From an uncultured Chloroflexia bacterium (GTDB lineage Bacteria > Chloroflexota > Limnocylindria > Limnocylindrales > CSP1-4), in assembly GCA_963833225.1 (NCBI GenBank), contig CAWHXD010000005.1, positions 1 through 64,000 on the forward strand: a stretch of DNA of 64,000 nt, in the 5' to 3' direction. The notes beneath the pieces are model-generated. The model ran no database searches and was not told where the DNA came from. It was given only the letters and a program-made list of their open reading frames with translations. The translations under genes were made by a program, and so were the position numbers. The first letter of the stretch is position 1. Every line of letters begins with the position of its first letter. Shown here piece by piece: positions 25,947 through 37,324 of this stretch.

Positions 25947-27200
25947 GTGACCCCCAACACTGAAGCCGTCCAAGGCTCCCGAACTGCCCTCCCGGCGACC
26001 GCCATCGGTCTTCTCGTGGCGCTGGCGGCCTTCCTCGTCTACTGGTTGTCGAACCAGGGGTACGACGCCGGCCGGGGTGATTTCTTCTATCTCGCGGACG
26101 CCTTCCTCCACGGCCGAACCTGGGTCGTGCCGCCGTTCGATGTAGGATCGGTGAACGACGTCATCCTGCGCGATGGCCACGCGTACGTCCCCTTCGCGCC
26201 ATTCCCAGCCATCGTGCTGATGCCCCTGGTCGCGCTGCTCGGGCCGGTGGCTGCCGACCAGATCGAGCCTGCGGTGAACGCGTTGCTGGCGGCGGCGGTC
26301 GTCTTCCTGGCTTGGTGGACCGCGGGCCGGATCGGCGTCGAGCGGCTGCGGGACCGGCTTTCGCTCGCGCTGCTGATGGGGTTTGGCACGCAGATCTGGT
26401 GGGTGACGACGCGGGGTGGCGTGTGGCACACCGGGCACCTTGTTGCGACGATCCTGACCCTGTTGCTGGTCGCGGAGCTGTTCGGTCGGCGGCGGCCGCT
26501 GCTCATAGGACTGCTGGTGGGTGCGGGGTTCCTCACGCGGGCGCCGCTCGCGTTCGCGGGACCGGTGATGGCCCTCTGGGTGGTGGAGTCGTGGCCGGCG
26601 ATCCTGGGCGCGGGCCGATCGCTGGGGGAGCGGCTGCGGGCAATCCCGTGGGCGTCGTGGGCCTGGCTGCTCCTCGCGTTCGCGCCCGCCCTCGCGTTCT
26701 TCTTCTGGTACAACGTCGCTCGCTTTGGCTCGATCACCGAGTCCGGCTACGCGCTCGCGACGCTTCCCCCATGGTTGGAGGCGCAGCGTCAGCAGGGCCT
26801 GTTCTCGCTGGTCCACCTGCCCATGAACCTGGACTACCTGTTCCTGCACCTGCCGACGCTCACGAGCACCTTCCCCTTCCTCCAGCCGGACGGCCTCGGG
26901 ATGTCGGTGTTCATCACCAGCCCGGGGCTGCTGCTCGCGCTCCTCGCGCCCTGGCGTGACAGGCGCGCACGCTTGCTGCTCCTCGCGGCCGTCCTGGTGC
27001 TGATCCCGACGCTCCTCTACTACGGCGGCGGATGGCTCCAGTTCGGGTACCGCTACTTCCTCGACTCCATCCCATTCATCTGGGCATTGGGCGCGATGGG
27101 TGTTGCGCGACGGGGCGAGATCGCCTGGTGGGGCCGACTGCTCATCTGGGCGAGCGTCATCGTCATGATGACGAGCGTGTACTGGGCCTACAACCTGTGA
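25947..27200 (+). CDS. Polytopic membrane protein, putative GT-C glycosyltransferase
   Basis: About 10 hydrophobic segments; LADAFLHGR, YVPFAPFPA, QFGYRY; paralog of 58364..59665. Confidence 0.65.
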   Translation: MTPNTEAVQGSRTALPATAIGLLVALAAFLVYWLSNQGYDAGRGDFFYLADAFLHGRTWVVPPFDVGSVNDVILRDGHAYVPFAPFPAIVLMPLVALLGPVAADQIEPAVNALLAAAVVFLAWWTAGRIGVERLRDRLSLALLMGFGTQIWWVTTRGGVWHTGHLVATILTLLLVAELFGRRRPLLIGLLVGAGFLTRAPLAFAGPVMALWVVESWPAILGAGRSLGERLRAIPWASWAWLLLAFAPALAFFFWYNVARFGSITESGYALATLPPWLEAQRQQGLFSLVHLPMNLDYLFLHLPTLTSTFPFLQPDGLGMSVFITSPGLLLALLAPWRDRRARLLLLAAVLVLIPTLLYYGGGWLQFGYRYFLDSIPFIWALGAMGVARRGEIAWWGRLLIWASVIVMMTSVYWAYNL

Positions 27201-29452
27201 CGGCGATCGCCATCCGGCGAGCCTCTGGCCTTGCGCTCGTCGGCATCGCCCTCGCCCTCCTGACTGGACTCCCGTTCGCGGCACTGCTCACCCCCACCTT
27301 CCGGGCGGTGCAGCTGGCCGGCTTGGCCACGGTCGGGATCATTGGCCTTGCTCGCGGGGCCGCACGCCCCGCGCATGGATGGTTCCACGCCGCGGCAGGT
27401 GCCCTGATCGGCGCCACCGTGCTCTCGACGATGTTCTCGGTCATCCCGTCGGCGGCACCGCAGCTCATCATCACGTCCGTCGCCCTGTACGGCATCGGGC
27501 TGCTCACGCTCGAGTGGGTGAGCACCGACCAGGGGCGCAGGGACGCCGCCGTCCTGGTTGGCGTGGGAATGACCCTCCTGGTCGCGACGACATTCGTCCT
27601 GTCGTGCGCGGCAGTCTGGGTCGAGTGGGTGGAGCTCGGGATGTCACCGGCCGCGCTGCCCCTCCGACCTGCGGGCGTGGGGGGCCTGGTCCCGGGCCCC
27701 ATCTGGACCACGGACTACCTTGTGCTGACCGCGCCACTCGGCGTCGCGCTCCTGTGGGGTCACGGTCGGGCTGGGCGAGCGGTGAGCCTGGGTCTCGCGA
27801 TCCTCTCCGTCGTCGCTGTGGTGGCCGGGGCCGTGCGAGCTGTCTGGCTTGCCGAAGCCGTGATCGCGCTCGTATTCGGCCTGAGGTGGGTCCGGAATCG
27901 TCCGCGGTCAGCTCGCCAGACGACGCTCGTGGCAGGCACCATCGCCGTTGCGCTCGTTGCTGGAGCGGTGGTCGTTGCGCCACGTCTCGCAGGTCTGCTC
28001 CGGAGCGTCGACGAGGGGCGGGTCTCGGCCATCCAGGCCGCCGCCTCAATCTTCGCCAGCTCGCCCTTGGTCGGTGCGGGGCCGGGGACCTACGGCAGCC
28101 TCCGAATGGGCGAGCCCGCAGACAGCCTCTCGCAGCTGACCCTGCCCGACGCCCACAATCTCGTGGCCCAGGTGAGCGCGGAGCTGGGACTGGTCGGCCT
28201 GGCAGCGCTTGCGCTCGGGACGGTCATCGTGCTCTGGAAATGGGCCCGTCCAGCGCGACGACTCGATCCGCTGGCATTGGCGGGGGTCGCCGCCCTGGCG
28301 GGCGCGATCGCTCATCGCATGGTCGACATGGTGTTCCTGATTCCCGGTCTGGCCGTGATGGGGCTTGTCGCAGCCGCCTTTGTCGCAGGCCCCGCTCGGC
28401 CACTGACGAATCGCGGCCGCACCGCCGTTCGAACGGTGGCCGTGCTGGCTCTCGGGGTGGCCATCGTCACGACGCCTGCGCTTGTGTCTCGGCTCGCCGC
28501 AGACTCCAACCTCGTGGCCGCAGTCGTCGTGGACAGCCAGGGAGACGCCACCTCCGCAGCCGACGCCGCGAGCCGGTCTTTGGCAGATGCTCCAGACCTG
28601 GTTCCCGCGTATGTCGCCCGGTCCCTTGCCGAAGCCGAGACCGGCGACTTGCCCGCGGCGGTCGAGGACGCGCGCGCAGCCTATGCACGGGAGCCGTCGA
28701 CTCCTTCGCGCCTGCTGCTCGCCCGCGTTCTTGAGCTCGACCAGCAGGAAGATGCCGCGTTGGCCCTGTACCAGGAGATCATCGTCACCCGCCCAGCGGA
28801 TCCGGCCGCGCTGCTGAACGCGGCCGTGAGCTTGGGAGGTGCCGGTGACCAGCAAGCCACGAGACTGGCCGTTCGGCTGCTTCTGGCAGCCGACCCCCGG
28901 ATCGCGCGGGTTGTTGATCAGCTCCCGGCTGCGTTGCGGGCCGCCGCGCGTGAGGAGGCGCAGCAGCTCGCGGACGATCGCGCTGCGCAGGGTGATTTCC
29001 TGACTGCCATCGAGCTCTACTACTGGCTCGGGTGTCCTCTCGCTGAGGGACCCATCGGCAATTCGGAGAGCGGGGACTTGCCGGCCCAGTGGTCTCTTGT
29101 CCAGTCGGCGCTTGATGGTGGCGACACCAGTTGGGACGCGTTGGTTCGGGCCGCAACCCAACAGCCCGCGCAGCTGGGGAAGGCCGCATGGTGGGTGGCG
29201 AGCGAGACGTGTCGCCCGCTGGAGAGGGATCGCTGGGCGAGGATTGGCGCGATCCAGTCCGGAGGCAACCGATTGTCGCTCGCCATCCAGGCGGGCCAAG
29301 TGCCTGGCGTCACGAGTGACATGCAGCCCTCCCGGTATCCACAGTGGATCTGGGGAGTTCCCAGTCCCCTCAATCCGTACCCACGGGGGACCTGGGTGGT
29401 TGCGTTCGGACAGGCATCGTGCGCGGCGACCCTCGGCGCCGACCAACCGTGA
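27197..29452 (+). CDS. O-antigen ligase (Wzy_C) family membrane protein with TPR-like C-terminal region
   Basis: R..W, PLVGAGPGTY, DAHNLVAQVSAELGLVG; Ala/Leu-rich helical repeats follow; GTG overlaps upstream stop. Confidence 0.8.
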   Translation: MTAIAIRRASGLALVGIALALLTGLPFAALLTPTFRAVQLAGLATVGIIGLARGAARPAHGWFHAAAGALIGATVLSTMFSVIPSAAPQLIITSVALYGIGLLTLEWVSTDQGRRDAAVLVGVGMTLLVATTFVLSCAAVWVEWVELGMSPAALPLRPAGVGGLVPGPIWTTDYLVLTAPLGVALLWGHGRAGRAVSLGLAILSVVAVVAGAVRAVWLAEAVIALVFGLRWVRNRPRSARQTTLVAGTIAVALVAGAVVVAPRLAGLLRSVDEGRVSAIQAAASIFASSPLVGAGPGTYGSLRMGEPADSLSQLTLPDAHNLVAQVSAELGLVGLAALALGTVIVLWKWARPARRLDPLALAGVAALAGAIAHRMVDMVFLIPGLAVMGLVAAAFVAGPARPLTNRGRTAVRTVAVLALGVAIVTTPALVSRLAADSNLVAAVVVDSQGDATSAADAASRSLADAPDLVPAYVARSLAEAETGDLPAAVEDARAAYAREPSTPSRLLLARVLELDQQEDAALALYQEIIVTRPADPAALLNAAVSLGGAGDQQATRLAVRLLLAADPRIARVVDQLPAALRAAAREEAQQLADDRAAQGDFLTAIELYYWLGCPLAEGPIGNSESGDLPAQWSLVQSALDGGDTSWDALVRAATQQPAQLGKAAWWVASETCRPLERDRWARIGAIQSGGNRLSLAIQAGQVPGVTSDMQPSRYPQWIWGVPSPLNPYPRGTWVVAFGQASCAATLGADQP

Positions 29453-29511
29453 TCTCGATCGACCTCCGCCCCGGATGTGGTCTGTGAGCCGGGTTCCAAC
29501 GGTCAAGGGCT

Positions 29512-30620
29512 CTAGGGTGGCAGCAATTGCGAGAACCCAAGCAACCCGAAGACCACGAAGCCACAGAGCGACAGGCCGAACGCAACCTGCAGCCACGGCC
29601 GTCGCCACATGCCAATGAACCAGGCGAACGGCCAGCCGGCCCCAAGGTATCTGGCGTCGGACTGCGAGACGTCCGCTCAGGAAGACGCTCACGTAGGCCA
29701 CCAGGGCCATCAGCTTCTCCGGCCAGGGCAATCGCGACCGCAGGAAGCGCAGCAGCAGGGCTGTGTACCCGAGGAGCGTGAGAATCGAGCAGCGCGGCGA
29801 CCGCGACCACCCCGCTGCTGGGCGCGGCAACGCCTGATCCGCCCTGCGTGATGGACGGCAGCGTCCAAGCTGCCTGCGCATGGAGGAAGGCCAGCGGATC
29901 CCCGAGTACCGCTCCCTGGTACGCGGCGAACAGCGCGAGGCACACGGGACCTGTCGCTAGGGCGGCAAGGTGCCACGTGATCCGTCCCTGGCGCTGGACG
30001 ATGGCCACGGCAAGCGGGACCACCAGGAGGATCCCGGGCGGCCTGGCGAGCGTCGCGACCGAGAGCAGGAGCGCGGCGACCCAAGTTCGGTCGCGACGGA
30101 CCGCGAGCAGCGCTCCCGCCGAGGCGGCCAGCAGCAGCGAGTCGCTGTACGCCATCCCGAACGCGGCGGCCCCCGGGGCGAACACGAGGAGCCACATCGC
30201 CGGGCGCACAGCCTGCGCCTGGCCAGCGTCGCCCATCAGCCGGGCGACGAGCAACATGCCGAGCAGCAGGGCGGTGTTCGCCACCAGCAGCCCGGCAACC
30301 GCGATCGACCCGGGAAGGACCAGGTCCGCCGCGCGCACGAGCAGGGGATACGCAGGGAAGAAGGCCCAGTCCCGGTAGGACTGCGTGATCGGGGCGAGGT
30401 GATATCCCTCGGATGCGATGCCCAAGTAGTAGACCGAGTCGTACCCGGTCAGCCCGGTCATCAGTGGGCCTCGCTCGAAGCTCGATCGCGCCCACGGGAC
30501 ACCGATGAGCTCGACAAGCAGGACCAACGCGACCAGCACGACGCGGCTGACCAGGAATGGGGCGAGGATGTCGAGTGTGAGCCGCCGCCAATCAACCGTT
30601 CCGCTGGCTGCCCCGTTCAC
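29512..30620 (-). CDS. Mannosyltransferase, PIG-V/GT76-like (frameshifts near C-terminus)
   Basis: YDSVYYLGIASEGY, AFFPAYP, AYSDSL, ARPPG, GDPLAFLHAQAAW. Confidence 0.82.
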
Positions 30621-30784
30621 GCCGCTATCGTAGCGGCGCAAAGCCGAGGCTACTCGCGGTCGCTGGTTGCGTCCGCAACGGTTTCGGCGAGCGGGTGTAT
30701 GCTCCGGCCGTGTCCCCCCAGAGCGTGATCGGTGTGCCTTCGCGTCCGCCGGCCACCGGTGATGCGCCGGTAGCCGCGCCGGGC

Positions 30785-31913
30785 ATGCTGCGTGCTGTCC
30801 GCCGCCCGTTCGACCGGATCGACCCCGCGCGCTGGGACGCGCTCGCGGGCGCCAACCCCTGGGCCACCCCGTTCAGCTCCTGGGCCTTCGCACGTGCATG
30901 GTGGGACGGCTATGGCGCCAACGCCCACGAGGAGACGCTGGTCTTCGTCCCCGCCGGTGCCCCCGACGACGCCGAGCCGGTCGCCATCGCCCCGCTCATG
31001 CACCGCCACGAGGTGGAGCCCGATGACGTGGAGCTGGGCACCAGCATCCGCCACGCCGATGGTCCACCGCTGACCCCGGTCTCGCCGGATGCCAAGGCCG
31101 TGTTCTTCGGCGCGTCCTACCACGCGGACTACGCCACGCTGCTGGGTGACCCGGCCGACCTGCCGGCGGCCGCCGATGCCCTCGCCGCCTACTGCTCGGC
31201 GGTGGGCGACCCGGATCACCCGCTGCCCTGGGACGCCGTGGACCTCCGCCGCCTGCGCGCCGGCGACCCGGCGGCCGAGGCCCTGGCGCAGGCGTTCGGC
31301 GCCCGCGAGATCGCCAACGGCTGGACGCTCAACGTGGAGCGCGAGGACGTGTGTCCGGTCGCCGTGCTGCCCGTCGGCGCCACGCCCGACGAGTTCTTCG
31401 CCACCCTGGGCAAGAAGGAGCGCCACGAGATCCGGCGCAAGGTCCGCCGGGCCGAGGCCGCGGGCGAGGTGCGCCTCGACGACTCCGCCGACCCGCTGGC
31501 GGACCTCCCGGCGTTCATCGACCTCCACCAGAAGCGCTGGGGCGCGGACGGCCTGTTTCCCGAGACGCCCGGCGGCGAGCAGAGCCGGGTGTTCTTCCAC
31601 CGCCTGTTCGAGCTGTTCCCGGCCGGCGGTCCCCTGAGCCTCGCGTTCCTCACCGTGGGCGGCCGCCGGATCGCGGCCGGGCGTCACCTTCCAGACCGCC
31701 GACTCGCTGCTCTACTACAACGCCGGCGTGGACCCCGAGGCGCGCGAGCTGTCGCCCGGCGTGCTGATGGTGGAGCGCTACCTGCGGCGCGCGCTGGAGC
31801 GCGGCCTGACCCGGCTGGACTTCCTGCGCGGCGACGAACCCTACAAGTACGAGTGGGGTGCGGTGGACGAACCCATCCAACGCCTGCTGGTCAGACGAAC
31901 GATGCAGCGATGA
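30785..31913 (+). CDS. GNAT/FemAB-like acetyltransferase (CelD/BcsL type; frameshift near 31680)
   Basis: TPFSSWAF..WW, ADYA, KKERHEIRRKVRR, ELSPGVL, DFLRGDEPYKYEWG. Confidence 0.85.
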
Positions 31914-31982
31914 CGCCTCCGCATCCCGACGATCCCTGCGTCCGCCCGATGGTGCACCTGCCGGTGCCCGGGTCCCGAGCGC

Positions 31983-33119
31983 GTGCGCGTCGTCCAGGTC
32001 ATGGCCACCGGTACCAACGGCGGCGCCCAGGAGCATGTGTTCAACCTGGTCTCGAGGCTGGACCGCGAGTTCTATGACGTGTCGGTGGTGTCGCTCTCGT
32101 CCGGGAGCGCGGTCCGCAAGCTCCAGCGAGCCGGCATCGACACCCTCGTCATCGACGACCCCGACGACGTCATTGCGACCGCCACGCTGGCCGCCTATCT
32201 CACCGACGTCCGCGCCGACGTGGTCCACAACCACATGTACCGGGCTGAGATCGTGGGCACCAAGGCCGCGATCGCGCTGGGCGATGCGGGCCACCGGCGC
32301 CCGTGGCTGATCTCGACCGTGCATTCCTCGCGGGTCCGCTCGGGCGAGGACCAGGAGCAGGTGCGCCGGCTGACGCCGCAGATGAACCAGCTGATCGCCG
32401 TGTCGCGGGCGATTCAGGCCAAGATCGAGCACGAGGGCCGGACCGGCGCCCCCGTCAGCCTGATCTACAACGGCGTCGATCTCGAGCGGTACGACCACCA
32501 GGAGCCGTGCTGCACCCTGCGCGACGAGTTCGCCATGGAGCCGAACGCCGCGATCGTGGGCGTGGTGGGCCGTCTCGAGATGGAGAAGGGCCACCCGACG
32601 CTGCTCGAGGCCTGGCCGCTGGTGCTGGAGCGGGTGCCCAACGCGTACCTGATCATCGTGGGCGAGGGCAGCCGGCTGGACGCGCTCCACCAGATCGCGA
32701 TCGACCAGGGGATCGAGCGCCACGTGATCTTCACCGGCCGCCGCGACGACATCCCGGCGATCACCGCCGCCTTCGATGTCGCCGTCCTGCCCTCCTACCG
32801 CGAGGCGCAGGGCCTCACCATCCTCGAGGCCATGGCGCTGGCACGCCCGGTCGTCGCGTCCAACGTGGGCGGCATCCCGGAGATGATCCAGCACGGCGTG
32901 AACGGGATGCTGGTGCCGCCCCAGGATCCACCGGCCCTCGCCGGCGCGATCGCGCTCCTGCTCACGGACCACCCGCTCGCGGACATGCTCGGGCGGGCCG
33001 GCCACGACACGGTCCACGACCGCTTCTGCATCCAGCTGATGGTCAACGCGGTCCAGGAGCTCTACGACGAGGGCGCCCGCCTGGTGCGGCCCCGCGAGGT
33101 GGCGATCAGCGCGAGCTGA
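31983..33119 (+). CDS. Glycosyltransferase family 4
   Basis: GGAQEH, DVVHNH, IYNGVD, GRLEMEKG, LPSYREAQGLTILEAMA, SNVGGIPE. Confidence 0.92.
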   Translation: MRVVQVMATGTNGGAQEHVFNLVSRLDREFYDVSVVSLSSGSAVRKLQRAGIDTLVIDDPDDVIATATLAAYLTDVRADVVHNHMYRAEIVGTKAAIALGDAGHRRPWLISTVHSSRVRSGEDQEQVRRLTPQMNQLIAVSRAIQAKIEHEGRTGAPVSLIYNGVDLERYDHQEPCCTLRDEFAMEPNAAIVGVVGRLEMEKGHPTLLEAWPLVLERVPNAYLIIVGEGSRLDALHQIAIDQGIERHVIFTGRRDDIPAITAAFDVAVLPSYREAQGLTILEAMALARPVVASNVGGIPEMIQHGVNGMLVPPQDPPALAGAIALLLTDHPLADMLGRAGHDTVHDRFCIQLMVNAVQELYDEGARLVRPREVAISAS

Positions 33120-33176
33120 GCGATCTGGTACCACTGGAGGACGGTCGCACGTCCCACGCCGGGCTACCATCGCTCG

Positions 33177-34014
33177 ATGGAGCACGAGGGCGCCCCGCGA
33201 CCGGCCATGGCTGGGAACCTGATCCAGCGAGTGGCTGCCGTAGTCGATTGGCGTTGGCTGCCGTTGCTCCTGGGCCTCGGTTGGCTGGTTGTCATCCTGG
33301 TGACCCGGCCGATGCCGCTGTACGACGCCAAGGCGTACTGGATCGTCGGACGGGTCAGACCCGTATGCAGTCTCGGGCGAGGGCGAGACGCTCGCGTACC
33401 TCTATTCGCCGGCGTTCCTCCAGTTGATCTGGCCCCTGCGGCCTGCTTCCGTACGAAGTGGTTTGGCGTCGCGTGGGTCCTGATCACTGCCGGCACGCTC
33501 GTGGCGATCACGCGCCACTGGCTGCCGATCGCCCTGCTCCTGCCCATGACCATGATCGAGCTCGAGGTGGGCAACATCCACTTCCTGCTCGCCGCGGCGG
33601 TCTATCTCGGCTTTCGGTACCCGGCTGCGTGGGCGTTCGTCCTGCTCACGAAGGTCACGCCTGGGATCGGCCTCATCTGGTTCGCCGTTCGGCGGGAATG
33701 GCGCTCGCTGGGGTCGCGGTCGGCGCAACCGCGCTGGTGGTCGCCGTCTCCTTCGTCCTCGTCCCCGGGCACTGGGTCGAGTGGATCGAGAGCCTTGCCG
33801 GCAACGCAGGCAGCAGTGGCCGTACCCACTGTTTCCCGTTCCACTCTGGATACGGCTGATCGGGGCTGGCATCCTCATCGCCTGGGGGGCGCGGACGGAT
33901 CGCCGGTGGACCATGATCGTTGGCGCCACGCTTGCCCTCCCCACCCTGTGGCTCGCGAACATGGCGATGATCGTCGGGTTGCCGCTGTTCGTGGACCGCA
34001 TGAAGTCTCGCTAG
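33177..34014 (+). CDS. GT87/DUF2029-like membrane glycosyltransferase (frameshifted)
   Basis: YDAKAYW, ELEVGNIHFLLA, LLTKVTPGIGLIWFAVRREWR. Confidence 0.7.
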
Positions 34015-34031
34015 TCGGGGGCGGCTGAGCC

Positions 34032-35450
34032 TTGACGCTGGATCGTCTCTGGACCTGGATCGCGATCGCCCTGCCGGCGCTGGTCGCCCTGGTGGTCCCG
34101 CTGCCCGCCGTGGATCTCGCCTACCAGGTCCGGGCCGGCAACGAGATCCTCGCGTCCGGTGCCCTGCCCGCCGTGGACACCTGGACGTTCACGATTGCCG
34201 GGACGCCATGGGTGGACCAGCAGTGGCTGGCGCAGGTCTGGCTGGCGGTCGGCCATGCCCTCGGCGGATGGGAGCTGCTCGCGGTGCTGCGAGCGGTCCT
34301 GGTGGCCGCCACAACCGGCCTGCTGATCGCGACCGCCCGGGAGCGCGGGGCGAGCCCGCGCACGTCCGCGATCCTCGCGATGGCGGCCTTCGCCCTCGCC
34401 GCGCCGGCGCTGGCCCTGCGGCCCCAGCTGTTCGGGATCGTGCTGTTCGCGCGCGCTGCTGTGGCTCGTGGCGGGTCGTGAGCGGCGTCCGCGGCTGTAC
34501 CTCCTCGCACCGGTCGTGGTGGCGCTGTGGGCCAATGTCCACGGCAGCTTCGTCCTTGGGCCGGCGCTGCTCGGCTATGCCTGGCTGAGCGACGTTGCTG
34601 CCGGACGACCGTCGCGGGTGTCGCTTGCCGTGCTGGTGGCGGGGACGCTCGCGACGCTGGTCAATCCGTTCCTGGCCGGGGCTTGGGCGTATGCCGTGGG
34701 GATCGGCGCGAACCCGGTGATCGCCGGACAGGTGAGCGAGTGGCAGCGCACGTCTCCGCTGACGATGCCCGGCCTGCTGTTCTACCCGGCGGCGGCCGCG
34801 ACCATCGTGCTGGGTCTCCTCCGGCGATCCTCCATGACGTGGCCCGACTGGGCGCTGCTGCTCGCGATGGCGTTCATCGGCGCGTGGGCGGTGCGGGGCG
34901 TCGCCTGGTGGGCGCCCGTGATGGTGCTCCTGCTGGGACGGATCCTCGCCGGCCGTGCGGCGCCCGCAATGACAACGGAACGCGACGCGGATCCGGGCGC
35001 CAGACGCGTCCGGGGATCGGCCTTCGTCAACGGCACGATGGCCGGCGTGCTCGGTCTCGCGCTCCTGGTCGCGCTGCCGTGGTGGCGGCCGACCGATCCC
35101 CTGGCGGGGCGGGCGGGCCTGCTGACCTATGCCCCAAGCGGCCTCGCGGCGAAGGTCGCGGAGCTCGCGGCCCCGGGACGCGCGTGGTGGTGCCGCAGAC
35201 GTGGGGCTCGTGGTTCGAATGGGCCGCCCCCGACGCTCGCTACTTCATCGACTCGCGGTTCGAGCTCTTCCCGACCGATGTCTGGGCGGACAACGCCAGG
35301 CTGGCTGCCGGCGCGGACGACGCCACCGAGGTGCTGGATCGCCGCGACGTCGGCATCGTGGTGGTTCCGGCAGGGGATCCCCTGCCCACTGGCCCCTGGA
35401 CGGTGGCGTGGCGTGACCCTGACGGCACCATCCTGGTGCGAGCCCAGTGA
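34032..35450 (+). CDS. Polytopic membrane protein, putative GT-C/lipid-modifying enzyme (frameshifted)
   Basis: DLAYQVRAG..DTWTFT..WVDQQWL, LRPQLF, LWANVHGSF, NPF, VSEW, FIDSRFELF. Confidence 0.65.
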
Positions 35451-35579
35451 CGGGTGGTCCGCCGCTGGTACCTTCGGGCGGTCGGCCGCCGGGGCTCGGC
35501 TTGGTATGGTCGCGGCCCATGGAGAGACGCGCCGCATGACTGATGTTGCCGCCCCGCTCGGCTCTGGGACGCCGTCGCG

Positions 35580-36608
35580 ATGACCGGCGGCATCGATGCT
35601 GCGATCCGGCCCGACGAGGTGAGCCCGCGCGACCGGGCGGCCGAAGGCCGGTACCGCCCCGATCTGGATGGGCTCCGGGCGATTGCTGTCGGGCTGGTGA
35701 TCATCGGCCACACGCAGTGGCCGTGGCGACAGAACGGTGCCGACGCCGGCGTGACCGCGTTCTTCGTCCTGTCTGGCTACCTGATCACCGGGATCCTGGT
35801 CCGCGAGCGGCAGCGCACAGGATCCATCAGACTCCGCAACTTCTATCGCCGGCGGTTCGTCCGCCTCGCCCCCGCGCTCCTGGGCCTCCTGGTGTTCGCG
35901 CTGGTGCTCGGGCTCGCCGGGGACCTCTCCGGTCAATGGCAGCTTGGGCTCGTCTCGTGCCTGCTCTACGTGTCGAACTGGGTGCAGGCTGCCGGGATCG
36001 CCATCCATCCGATAGGCCATACCTGGTCGCTTGCGATCGAGGAGCAGTTCTACCTCCTGTGGCCGCTCGTCCTCCTGGTTGCCTGGCGCCGCGCGTTGCC
36101 GCTCGCCGGCGCCGCGATCGCCATTGCGGTCCTCCTCCGTCTCGGCAGCGCCGGCTACTTCGAGTACTTCTCCACCATCACGCGCATGGATGCGCTCGCG
36201 GTCGGATGCGTTGTCGGACTCCTGCAGCCCAGGTGGCCGTCATGGGTCGCCCTGGCGGGCGTGATCACGCTGATCACCGCGGCCATGCTGTTGAGCGCCG
36301 ACAATCACGATCTCGCGATCCCGATCTCCATCGTGGCCACGACGGCTGTCATCGGTGGCGAGCTCCGCCCGCTCGGGCGCCTCGCCCCAGTCGGCTTGCG
36401 CGCCTACAGCCTGTACCTGTGGAACACCCCAATGAACCTGTTGTTCGGGCCGCTCTCGATCGTCACGCCGGTGCTGACCTTCGCTCTGGGCGAGGTGTCG
36501 TTCCGGCTGTTTGAGGTGCCGGTGCTCCGTCGAGGCGGTGCCCGGCGAGCTCCCCGGATCGCCGGCGACCGGCTGGCGACAGGCACGGCACCGGCTGATG
36601 CCCAATGA
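35580..36608 (+). CDS. Acyltransferase-3 (OafA/OatA N-terminal-like), copy 1
   Basis: YRPDLDGLRAIAV, FFVLSGYLIT, FYRRR..RLAP, HTWSLAIEEQFY, YSLYLW. Confidence 0.92.
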   Translation: MTGGIDAAIRPDEVSPRDRAAEGRYRPDLDGLRAIAVGLVIIGHTQWPWRQNGADAGVTAFFVLSGYLITGILVRERQRTGSIRLRNFYRRRFVRLAPALLGLLVFALVLGLAGDLSGQWQLGLVSCLLYVSNWVQAAGIAIHPIGHTWSLAIEEQFYLLWPLVLLVAWRRALPLAGAAIAIAVLLRLGSAGYFEYFSTITRMDALAVGCVVGLLQPRWPSWVALAGVITLITAAMLLSADNHDLAIPISIVATTAVIGGELRPLGRLAPVGLRAYSLYLWNTPMNLLFGPLSIVTPVLTFALGEVSFRLFEVPVLRRGGARRAPRIAGDRLATGTAPADAQ

Positions 36609-37324
36609 GGCTCCTCTCGCTCGTCCTCGTGGCCGCGACCGCGCTTATTGCCGCCGGCTGCCTGTCCACGGGAAAAGCGCCACCAACGCCGCTTCCTCCC
36701 CAGCCAGCGTGTGGAATCTCGAACGAACCGGAGAGCCTGTGCATCGTCATCCTGGGTGACAGCACGGCTGAGGGCGTGCCGCTGGAAGGCGCCGACCGCT
36801 GGTGGGTGCAGTTGGGGGACCGCCTCCGGGACGCGCTGCCGGGCCGGCCCGTCGAGATCGACTCCTGGGCCGTGCCGGCAAGTCGGATCGACGTCCTCGA
36901 GTCCGCTGCGGTGGATCAGCCCGAGCTGGCGTCCTTCGATATCGCGATCGTGCTGGAGGGGGTGAACGACATCGGGCACACGCCCCTCGATGAGTGGAGC
37001 GCACGGTACAAGGCAGTCGTCGAGCAGCTCGAGAGCAAGGGCGCGACCGTCGTGGTCACCACCCCACTTCCCCACTTCGAGAATGGGGCGTACACGGCGC
37101 GGCACGACGCGCTCGACGATGCGGTCCGAAGCCTGGGTGGCCCGCACAGACCCGTCCTCGAGATCGCCCGGCCCTGGCTCGCCGATGGGCCCGGCGTCGG
37201 CGCCACCTACTACGTGGACACCCTCCACGTCGGGGCAGCCGGGCAGCGGCGCATGGCCGACCTGGCGCTGGACGTGATCCTGAGGGTGGTTGAGCAGTCG
37301 GCTGCAGGGATGAGGCCGCTGTGA
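36605..37324 (+). CDS. SGNH/GDSL hydrolase-fold lipoprotein, copy 1
   Basis: Lipobox IAAGC; ILGDS, EGVND, DTLH. Confidence 0.88.
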   Translation: MRLLSLVLVAATALIAAGCLSTGKAPPTPLPPQPACGISNEPESLCIVILGDSTAEGVPLEGADRWWVQLGDRLRDALPGRPVEIDSWAVPASRIDVLESAAVDQPELASFDIAIVLEGVNDIGHTPLDEWSARYKAVVEQLESKGATVVVTTPLPHFENGAYTARHDALDDAVRSLGGPHRPVLEIARPWLADGPGVGATYYVDTLHVGAAGQRRMADLALDVILRVVEQSAAGMRPL

